Shown here piece after piece: positions 25,777-33,160 of a stretch of DNA of 64,000 nucleotides. A program made the position numbers and the translations under genes. The stretch covers positions 93,036 through 157,035 of the forward strand of contig JAFQDD010000010.1 in the NCBI GenBank assembly GCA_017416145.1. The letters are read 5' to 3'. The notes below the pieces were generated by a model. The model had not been told where the DNA came from. It was given only the letters and a program-made list of their open reading frames with translations, and did not search any database. Positions within the stretch are counted from its first letter, which is position 1. Every line of letters starts with the position of its first letter. The stretch is from Spirochaetaceae bacterium. Lineage in GTDB: Bacteria > Spirochaetota > Spirochaetia > Treponematales > Treponemataceae.

Positions 25777-27050
25777 ATTTCCGCAAACGACACAACCTCC
25801 GCCTCGTAATCAACGCCTTCAATATCGAAACCGCTGGTTGCTAGGAAGTCGTGTTTATATCCTTCTAAATCTGAAATTTCTTCCATATTTTCTACTGTGA
25901 TTTTTGGCATAATTTCATCAACTTTTTCTTGAACTGCTTTTGAAAGTTCTCGATCGTCAATGCGGATTCTGTTTTCTGAATCTACAGTAATATTTCTGCT
26001 ATCAACTTTGCATCCTAATTCTTGTGCCAAAGTTTCTGCTTTTCCACAAGGGATTCCGTAAAGGCGGCTATCAAATAAACGGTTAATTTGTTCGATACAA
26101 CCTTCATGGCTTCCGTCGGCTTTCATTACTTTGTACAAACTTGTTAGGTAAAATGGAATAATTGGGATAACAGCACTGGCTCTTGTTACAAGACCTTTAT
26201 TTACTGAAACATAAGCACTTCCATCAACTTTGCTCATTAAATCATTTAGTGATTTTGCTGTTGCTTCTAGATGTTCTTTTGCTTTTCCAATTGTTCCGCT
26301 TCTATAAATTGCTTTAGAAACTTCTGGTCCAATGTAAGAATATGCAACTGTAATTGCCCCTTTGGCTAACAATCCTTCTGATTCTAATTTTTCAATCCAA
26401 AGTTGCCAGTCTTCACCACCCATTACTTTTATGGTTGCTTCTTTTTCTTCTCCTGTTGCAGGATCAGCACTGATTTCTTTAATTTCTTTTGTAAATGGAT
26501 CGATTGTTTTTCCAACAAAAGGTTTTCCAAATGGTTTGATAACTGACTTGTGCATAATTCCTGTGGCAGGATCTGTTCTAACAGGACTTGCTAGACTGTA
26601 AACCACAAGGTCGAAAATCATATTGTTTTCTTTTGCAGCTTTTACAACTTCAGCTTTAATTTCGTTTGAAAATGCGTCTCCATCAATTGTAATTGATTTA
26701 ATGCCTTCTTTTGCAGCAGCTTCATCAAAAGCTAGATTGTTGTACCAGCCTGGTGTTCCCCATTTTTTTTCTGTTCCAGCTTTTTCAAATGATACACCGA
26801 TTGTACTTGCACCGTATCCAAAAGTTGCTGTGATGCGACTTGCAAGTCCATATCCGTTTGAACAGCCTAAAACTAGTACGTTTTTTGGAGCTGCAACTCC
26901 GTTGTTGTCTCTTTCATCTAATCCAGAAAGAGTTCCGTTTTTTCTTGATTCTGCTCTAGCTTTTGTGTAATCGATTTGATCTAACACAGCTTTTTTACAT
27001 CCTTGAGGATGAGCGTTTAAGCAGATATTATTTCTGACCATTGCTTTCAT
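25773..27050 (-). CDS. fabV: Trans-2-enoyl-ACP/CoA reductase FabV (TER family)
   Basis: The 425-aa ORF has N-terminal ...ICLNAHPQGCKKAVLDQIDY and a GCSNGYGLASRI Rossmann motif characteristic of FabV/TER. AGGAG lies 6 nt upstream of the ATG. Confidence 0.88.
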   Translation of the reverse strand: MKAMVRNNICLNAHPQGCKKAVLDQIDYTKARAESRKNGTLSGLDERDNNGVAAPKNVLVLGCSNGYGLASRITATFGYGASTIGVSFEKAGTEKKWGTPGWYNNLAFDEAAAKEGIKSITIDGDAFSNEIKAEVVKAAKENNMIFDLVVYSLASPVRTDPATGIMHKSVIKPFGKPFVGKTIDPFTKEIKEISADPATGEEKEATIKVMGGEDWQLWIEKLESEGLLAKGAITVAYSYIGPEVSKAIYRSGTIGKAKEHLEATAKSLNDLMSKVDGSAYVSVNKGLVTRASAVIPIIPFYLTSLYKVMKADGSHEGCIEQINRLFDSRLYGIPCGKAETLAQELGCKVDSRNITVDSENRIRIDDRELSKAVQEKVDEIMPKITVENMEEISDLEGYKHDFLATSGFDIEGVDYEAEVVSFAEI

Positions 27051-27059
27051 GTTTTTCTC

Positions 27060-27202
27060 CTATGGGACAAAAGGGGAGGATTCCCCTTTTGAAACCCCTC
27101 TTTTTTTGGGGGAAAGGAAACCCATTTTTTCGAGTCATTGGTTTCCTTTCCCCCAAACCCCCTAACCTTCCTCGAAAACGACCAAAGGGGATGCCCCTTT
27201 GG
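27060..27202 (-). repeat. GC-rich two-hairpin intergenic repeat element, copy R (inverted relative to copy L, about 10 bp upstream of the fabV start)
   Basis: Hairpin GGGGGAAAGGAAACC...GGTTTCCTTTCCCCC lies at 27108..27154. The linker is AAACCCCCTAACCTTCC. Hairpin CCAAAGGGG-atg-CCCCTTTGG lies at 27182..27202. Confidence 0.8.
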
Positions 27203-27414
27203 AAACCCCGACTGGAAGGATTTCGTTTTTACCTATTCCCTTCGTGTTTTGGGACGCGAGTCTTCGACCGCGGGATTTGATTTTTATGGGTTCTAGTTTT
27301 TTTTCTTACGTTTTATTACCATTGTAAAAACTAGCTTTACACTGCACCCACAAGGCACATACGTCGGACAAGCCGCCGTGTTGTGCAAGGAAATTATTTT
27401 ACTTCGTTGGCTCG

Positions 27415-27852
27415 TTACACTGCGCCAACTAGGCACATCCACTCGGCTTCGGCGGCGATGTTTTCGCCTACGTAGCAGATTCCGGATTGTTTTATCATTT
27501 TTTTGCTAACTCGCAAGTTTTTTATTTCCATGCGAACTGTATCTCCTGGGCGAACTTGGTTTCTAAATTTCACTTTATCAACTGTTGCCAAGAAGAATAA
27601 TGAGCCTTCGTCGAAGGTTTTTAGATAGCTTAGCCCGGCTCCACCAGCTTGTGCCATTGTTTCCACAAGGATAACCCCTGGAACTACTGGATATTCTGGG
27701 AAGTGGCCTTTGAAGAAAAACTCTTCATCTGTAAAAGTGTGGGTTGCAACTACACCTTCGCTATCTGCACTTACAATTTCATCCACAAACAAAAATGGTT
27801 TTCTGTGTGGTAGTAAACTTTCAATATCTTTTGTTAAACTCATAAAATCCAC
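27415..27852 (-). CDS. fabZ: 3-hydroxyacyl-ACP dehydratase FabZ
   Basis: The 145-aa hot-dog fold protein has LLPHRKPFLFVD and FFKGHFPEYPVVPGVILVE motifs. Confidence 0.93.
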   Translation of the reverse strand: MDFMSLTKDIESLLPHRKPFLFVDEIVSADSEGVVATHTFTDEEFFFKGHFPEYPVVPGVILVETMAQAGGAGLSYLKTFDEGSLFFLATVDKVKFRNQVRPGDTVRMEIKNLRVSKKMIKQSGICYVGENIAAEAEWMCLVGAV

Positions 27853-27861
27853 AAATCCTTT

Positions 27862-29106
27862 TTATTTTTTGAAAATTACAACACCGTTATGGCCACCAAA
27901 TCCTAGTGAACCACTTGCTGCACAGTTAATTCCGCCTTCTGCTACAACTGCTTTGTTTGGAACGTAATCTAAATCACAACCGTGTTCTAAATCCACATTT
28001 TCCAAATTGATAGTTGGAGGATAAACACCTTCTTCAATTGCTTTTACACAAATCATAGCTTCAATTGCTCCAGCGGCTCCAAGACAGTGACCTGTCATAC
28101 TTTTTGTTGAAGAAATCTTCATATTATATGCGTGGTCGCCGAATGCTTTTTTAATCATTGCTGTTTCTGCAGGGTCATTTACAGGAGTTGATGTTCCGTG
28201 AGCATTGTAATATTGCACTTCTTCTGGTTTGATTCCTGCATCTTTAATTGCATTAACCATAGCCTTTGCACCACCTTCACCAGATGGATCTGGACTTGTA
28301 ATATGGTAAGCATCACTTGAACCGCCGTAACCTGCAAATTCACAGTAGATTTTTGCACCACGAGCAACTGCGTGTTCATATTCTTCAAGCACAAGAATAG
28401 CAGCACCTTCACCCATAATAAAACCTTCACGAGCTGCATCAAAAGGACGACTTGCTTTTTCTGGGCAATCATTGTAACTAGTTGCCAAAGTTTTTAGCAC
28501 TTGGAATGACCCAATACCAAAACCTGTTACAGTAGCTTCAGTTCCCCCAGCAAGACACATATCAAGACGCCCGCTTCTAACTTGGTCTAGAGCCACACCC
28601 AAAGCGTCAGTTCCAGAAGCACAAGCTGTTGCCAAAGACAAAGCTGTTCCGTGTAAGCCAAAAAGCATACTTACATTTCCTGGAGCTTCGTTTGTAATCA
28701 ATTGTGGAATAGTTAGAGGTGGAATACGTGTGTTTCCAGCTTCAAAATATTTTTTATAACCAGCTTCCAAAACTTCAAAACCACCAATACCATTTCCTAA
28801 CAAAACACCAGTTCTGTCTCCGTCAATAGTTTCCTTTGATAGACCTGCATCTTCCAAAGCCATTTTTGCAGCAGCAACAGCATATTGAGAATAAAGCCCC
28901 ATTTTACGAGCATCTTTTTTATCCATATAATTAGTTGGGTCAAAATCTTTTACTTCACCAGCAATTTTACAAGCGTAATCAGTGGTATCAAATTTTGTAA
29001 TCAACCCAATTCCACTTTTTCCAGCCTTAATGCCTTCCCAAGTTTCATTTACGCTATTTCCAAGAGGAGTAACAGCTCCAAGCCCAGTAACAACAACTTT
29101 TCTCAT
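27862..29106 (-). CDS. fabF: 3-oxoacyl-ACP synthase II
   Basis: The 414-aa ORF has KAS II motifs (ATACASG active-site Cys, HGTSTP, GHCLGAAG). Confidence 0.93.
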   Translation of the reverse strand: MRKVVVTGLGAVTPLGNSVNETWEGIKAGKSGIGLITKFDTTDYACKIAGEVKDFDPTNYMDKKDARKMGLYSQYAVAAAKMALEDAGLSKETIDGDRTGVLLGNGIGGFEVLEAGYKKYFEAGNTRIPPLTIPQLITNEAPGNVSMLFGLHGTALSLATACASGTDALGVALDQVRSGRLDMCLAGGTEATVTGFGIGSFQVLKTLATSYNDCPEKASRPFDAAREGFIMGEGAAILVLEEYEHAVARGAKIYCEFAGYGGSSDAYHITSPDPSGEGGAKAMVNAIKDAGIKPEEVQYYNAHGTSTPVNDPAETAMIKKAFGDHAYNMKISSTKSMTGHCLGAAGAIEAMICVKAIEEGVYPPTINLENVDLEHGCDLDYVPNKAVVAEGGINCAASGSLGFGGHNGVVIFKK

Positions 29107-29195
29107 ATCTTATAAACCTCCGTTTAATAAACAATTTTTTTTTCAAGTCGAACAAAACGTCCAAACTCAGCCCAAGACGCAACATCTCTACCAAG

Positions 29196-29584
29196 TCGGG
29201 CACGGACGCCCGATTATAGCCAAGCTAGAATTTCGAAGAAATTCTAGCTGACAGATAAATTACAAGGAAGTAATTTATCTGTCTCTCGATTACAGCTGGG
29301 CAAGAATTTTCAAAAAAAAATTCTTGCAGGGATTTGATTTACAGGACGGAAATCAAATCCCTGGGGCCATTTTTCCTCTTTCGAGGAAAAACCAGGCTTT
29401 TCGGGGTTCCGCTTTCGCTCCAAACCTTCGGTTCGCTTCGCGCCCCTACAATCCTTTGTCCAAATCAGCCTATCCACCAAATCCAACCTATTTACCAGGT
29501 CGGACAAGGATGTCCGATTACAGCTAAGTTGAGAATTTCAAAGAAATTCTCAACGATTAGGAAATTACAGGATGTAATTTCCTA
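29196..29584. repeat. Array of at least 9 near-perfect short hairpins, organised as three related double-hairpin units plus extras. It fills the fabG-fabF intergenic region.
   Basis: Hairpins lie at 29196..29213, 29225..29247, 29252..29281, 29300..29327, 29329..29361, 29370..29391, 29500..29517, 29529..29553 and 29558..29584. The units share a CGATTA(T/C)AGC spacer, but stems differ by paired (compensatory) changes. Confidence 0.8.
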
Positions 29585-29585
29585 A

Positions 29586-30326
29586 TCAGCAACCCATCCC
29601 ACCGTCTACGCCTAGAACTTGTCCAGTTACGTAAGTTGACATATCACTAGCCAAGAAAAGACAAGCATTTGCTACATCTTTTGTTGAACCAGCTCTTTTT
29701 AGCGGAATATCATCAATCCAAGCAGCTTTTAGTTTTTCGTCTAAAACTGCTGTCATTTCAGTTTCAATAAAACCTGGACAAATAGCATTTACACGAACGC
29801 CACGGCCACCAACTTCCTTTGCTAAGCTTTTTGTCAAACCAATAAGACCAGCCTTACTTGCAGAATAATTTACCTGTCCAGCTTGACCGTGAAGCCCAAC
29901 AATACTAGACATATTGATAATTGAACCTGCACGTTTTTTTATCATATCTCCAGAAATAATTTGACCAATTAAAAATGCACTTGTTAAGTTGATTCTTAGA
30001 ACATCATTCCAATCATCAAGTTTCATGCGGAAAGAAAGTCCGTCTTTTGTAATTCCTGCATTATTCACAAGAACATCAAATCCACCACTTGCAGCAAGAG
30101 CTTCTTTTACAACAGCTGTAACTTGTTCAGCATTTCCAACATCAGCACAGATTTCTGTAAAAGTTGTGCCATTTTCTTTTGCAAAATTTTCTAGCTCCTC
30201 TTTAGAAGCAGAAGGTTTTGAGCAAAGCCCCCAAACAGTAGCTCCATTTCCTAAAAAAGTTTTTACTATTTCTTTACCAATTCCACGACTAGAACCAGTT
30301 ACTAATATTTTTTTTCCTTTTAACAT
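29586..30326 (-). CDS. fabG: 3-oxoacyl-ACP reductase
   Basis: The SDR has TGSSRGIG, NNAG and YSASK motifs. The start is set at MLKGKK (GGAAGGA 8 nt upstream). The ORF track extends to 30347. Confidence 0.9.
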   Translation of the reverse strand: MLKGKKILVTGSSRGIGKEIVKTFLGNGATVWGLCSKPSASKEELENFAKENGTTFTEICADVGNAEQVTAVVKEALAASGGFDVLVNNAGITKDGLSFRMKLDDWNDVLRINLTSAFLIGQIISGDMIKKRAGSIINMSSIVGLHGQAGQVNYSASKAGLIGLTKSLAKEVGGRGVRVNAICPGFIETEMTAVLDEKLKAAWIDDIPLKRAGSTKDVANACLFLASDMSTYVTGQVLGVDGGMGC

Positions 30327-30357
30327 TTTATTTCCTTCCATTTTCATCTAAGAATTA

Positions 30358-31326
30358 TTACAAAGTTTCAAGTTGTTCCAAAGTTCCTGCAGGTAGACAT
30401 GAAGCTTTTTCACCAAAGCCAGAATCACGCCACAAACCGCACAAAGTTTTTCCAGGACCAACTTCCAAAAGCTGCCATTCTTCTGCAAAACCTTCTGCAA
30501 ATTCTGCAATGGCACTTTCTTCTTCTGTCCAACGAACAGCTTTTACAATATGTTCAACAGCATTAGCCTTTGCTTCTTCTCCAGAAGCAACAGCCTTTCC
30601 TGTAACATTACTAAAACATTTGATTTTTGGATTACTGAAAGTGATTTTTTCAAGTTCCACAGCAAAAGCTGTTGCAGCCTTTTCCATCAATGGAGAGTGA
30701 AAAGGACCAGCTACTTTTAGCACAACCACCCGCTTTGCACCAGCTTCTTTACAAAGATTTTCGGCAAGAACTAGACCTTTTGCAGTGCCAGAAACTACAG
30801 TTTGTCTTGGGCTGTTTAAATTTGTTGGGAAAACAGCCTCTTCCTTTGAAACATCACCGTATGGAGCCAAAGTTTTTTGAACAACATCTGGAGTTAATCC
30901 CAAAACCGCTGCCATACCAGGTTTTTCACCTTCCAAAGCCTTTTCTGCAATTTCGTCACAAACTTTTTGCATTATTTCGCCACGAACTTTTACAATTTTT
31001 ACAGTATCTTCAAAACTTAAAATCCCACTAACACAAAGAGCAGAAAATTCGCCTAGACTAAAACCTGCAACAGCTTCTGGTTCAATTCCCTTTTCTTTTA
31101 GAGCTGCTACCATAGCTAAAGAAGCAGCTGTGATTGCAAGTTGACTTTTATCAGTTCTACTTAAAACAGAAATATCAGTATCACGAAGTAAAGCGACAAT
31201 GTTTTCTCCTGAAATCTCTGAAACCTTATCAATAGTTTTTTTTGCCATAGATGAACTTTCGTACAAGTCCATCATCATTCCTTGAAATTGGGCACCTTGG
31301 CCTGGAAACAAAAATATATTTTTCAT
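30358..31326 (-). CDS. fabD: Malonyl CoA-ACP transacylase
   Basis: FPGQGAQ, the GFSLGEF active-site Ser motif and the GPFHSPLM motif are present. Confidence 0.92.
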   Translation of the reverse strand: MKNIFLFPGQGAQFQGMMMDLYESSSMAKKTIDKVSEISGENIVALLRDTDISVLSRTDKSQLAITAASLAMVAALKEKGIEPEAVAGFSLGEFSALCVSGILSFEDTVKIVKVRGEIMQKVCDEIAEKALEGEKPGMAAVLGLTPDVVQKTLAPYGDVSKEEAVFPTNLNSPRQTVVSGTAKGLVLAENLCKEAGAKRVVVLKVAGPFHSPLMEKAATAFAVELEKITFSNPKIKCFSNVTGKAVASGEEAKANAVEHIVKAVRWTEEESAIAEFAEGFAEEWQLLEVGPGKTLCGLWRDSGFGEKASCLPAGTLEQLETL

Positions 31327-31558
31327 CTTGCCATCATTCTATCATTTTTTCAAACTATTGACAATATGACATTCAGTGCTTTTTTGTCAATTTGATATAT
31401 TTTTTCGGATTCTTATGGGTGATTTCGTGATAATAGTTGATTTAGTTAATGTTTCATATAAAAAAAACCGCCATTAGAAAAGAATAAATCTTTCCTTTGT
31501 GCGGTTTTCACTAAAATGATTCTATGCAAATTACTTAATTTTATGTTTTCTACCTCGG

Positions 31559-32467
31559 CTACAAATCCTTTTCAAGTTGTTGGAGTGTTTCTAGTGATAA
31601 ACCAGTAACAGTTGAGATTTGTTCAATAGAAAGTCCTAGGTGAAAAAGATTTTTAGCCGTTTCAACAGCTTTTTCATACGCACCTTGCTTTATGCCCTGT
31701 TGAAGGCCCTTGCTTAAGCCATCTTCGTAAGCTTCTTCTCTTTGTACTGCTATATCTGTGTCGTAATCGTATTCTGTCATTAGCATATTTTCTACCTCAG
31801 TTGATTTTCTTGCTAAGTAGTCGGACAAAAACCCTTCTTTTATCGCTTTCGATATCGCTGTTGTAAATGGGTCATCTGTGCCAGAGTCGATGGATTTTCT
31901 TACCAATTCTATAAACTCTGAATATTGGTCTAAAATCTTACAGCGTTTTAAGATAGGATTTCCTTTATCTACATTAATATTAACAACTTTTACTGTAATT
32001 TCAAGTGGAAAATTTGCTAAATCAGCTGAAAATGCCTTTTCTGGAAGCATAAAAGCGTCGGAGAGTTTTAGTGTTTTTTCTAGTGGAAAGTCCTCTTTTC
32101 CGTTGTAGAAAACGTAGAATTCTGGAAGGGGGATTTTCACAAGTTTCTTTCCGAACTTATTCTTTGTTTTCACAACTTTTTCGTAGATACGTGCGATGTA
32201 TTCCAAAATACGAAATGGCATATTTTCATTTATCGTGGATTGATGCTCAATTAAAACGACGATTTTATTATCGATAAGCATTGCGATGTCGTTGTAATAT
32301 TTCATATACAAAACTTGCTCAATCATAACAGGTTTTACTTCTGTGGTCTTGTAATCAAGGTTTGTTTCGTGCAATGCGTTATAAAGCGAAACAAAGTTTT
32401 CCTTCGCGGTAATGTCCTTTGCAAACAAATCCACAAAGACAGAATCTTTGTAATTACGATTTTTCAT
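31559..32467 (-). CDS. Rpn-family (YhgA-like, PD-(D/E)XK) recombination-promoting nuclease/putative transposase, intact, 302 aa
   Basis: YKDSVFVDLF... and VVLIEHQST motifs are present. The C-terminal module is nearly identical to the tandem copies at 1..490. An internal in-frame ATG at 31786 has GAGG 8 nt upstream. Confidence 0.8.
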   Translation of the reverse strand: MKNRNYKDSVFVDLFAKDITAKENFVSLYNALHETNLDYKTTEVKPVMIEQVLYMKYYNDIAMLIDNKIVVLIEHQSTINENMPFRILEYIARIYEKVVKTKNKFGKKLVKIPLPEFYVFYNGKEDFPLEKTLKLSDAFMLPEKAFSADLANFPLEITVKVVNINVDKGNPILKRCKILDQYSEFIELVRKSIDSGTDDPFTTAISKAIKEGFLSDYLARKSTEVENMLMTEYDYDTDIAVQREEAYEDGLSKGLQQGIKQGAYEKAVETAKNLFHLGLSIEQISTVTGLSLETLQQLEKDL

Positions 32468-32697
32468 ATTCCTTTCTCCAAAAGTTCTTTTTGTAGAGAA
32501 AAATCTAAACGCTGAATCCCAAGTTTTTCACTAAAAGCTAAATATCCTTGAGAAAAAATCTCCAGTTTTAAAACCGTTCTGAATTCTGAATTCCGAATCC
32601 TGAATTTCCCTACATATACTTATATGTTTTGAATTTCAAAAATTTTGAATAAATTCGGGGAAAAAGTGAAAAAAAGTAAAAAAAATTTCAGAAAATG

Positions 32698-32941
32698 TCA
32701 CGCGGAAAAATCGCTGACGCTATTCGGACTAACGTCCTCATTTTTTTGAACTTATGATGTTTATCATACTTTTGCTGTTAAGCAAAAGGCGTTAGCAATT
32801 AACCCGTGTGACGCAATTTTTTTTGCCAAGGAGATTTGTGGTTTGCTAACGCACTCCACTACTTTACGTGAAGGACGTTAGTCCTGAACAAATCTGCGTG
32901 GCACTTTTTGCAATTAAGCAAAATGCGTTAGCAAGAGAACC
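32698..32941. repeat. Cluster of short dispersed GC-richer repeats and hairpins (GGACTAACGTCC family and AAGCAAAAKGCGTTAGCA family)
   Basis: The segment at 32698..32740 and the reverse complement of 32822..32905 are related to each other and to 39153..39236. Direct repeats lie at 32772..32805 and 32908..32941. Confidence 0.65.
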
Positions 32942-33160
32942 TTGTTAGATTATTTAGTTTTTACAGAAATCTTTAAGTTATTCTTACTCAATTAAAGATT
33001 TTTTCTCTATTTTTTCAAAAATAATTGTAAAAAATACTTTACACAACTTTAATTATACTGTAAAACTTTATTATTATTAAATATTTAATAATACTTAACT
33101 CGCTTAAATATTATTAAATATTTGTAATTGGAGAGTTACATCAATTTTTAGGAGTTCTTT

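Noticed and set aside
29310-29585. ORFs 29310..29507 (-), 29324..29527 (+) and 29334..29585 (+) as possible acpP or small proteins in the fabG-fabF gap
   Set aside because: None has the ACP DSL(D/E) phosphopantetheine-attachment motif or an acidic helical character. They overlap each other and the hairpin array, and they are compositionally odd.
25647-29585. Idea that the hairpin repeats in the fab operon are integron attC sites (Treponema is known to carry chromosomal integrons)
   Set aside because: There is no intI gene in the window. No R''/R' (RYYYAAC...GTTRRRY) core sites are recognisable. The flanked genes are a conserved essential operon rather than promoterless cassettes.
26362-30351. 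Long antisense ORFs within fabV, fabF, fabG and fabD (for example 26623..26970, 28179..28472, 29989..30351, 30672..31031)
   Set aside because: They lie opposite or out of frame to strongly supported conserved genes. Their amino-acid content is low-complexity and they have no RBS.
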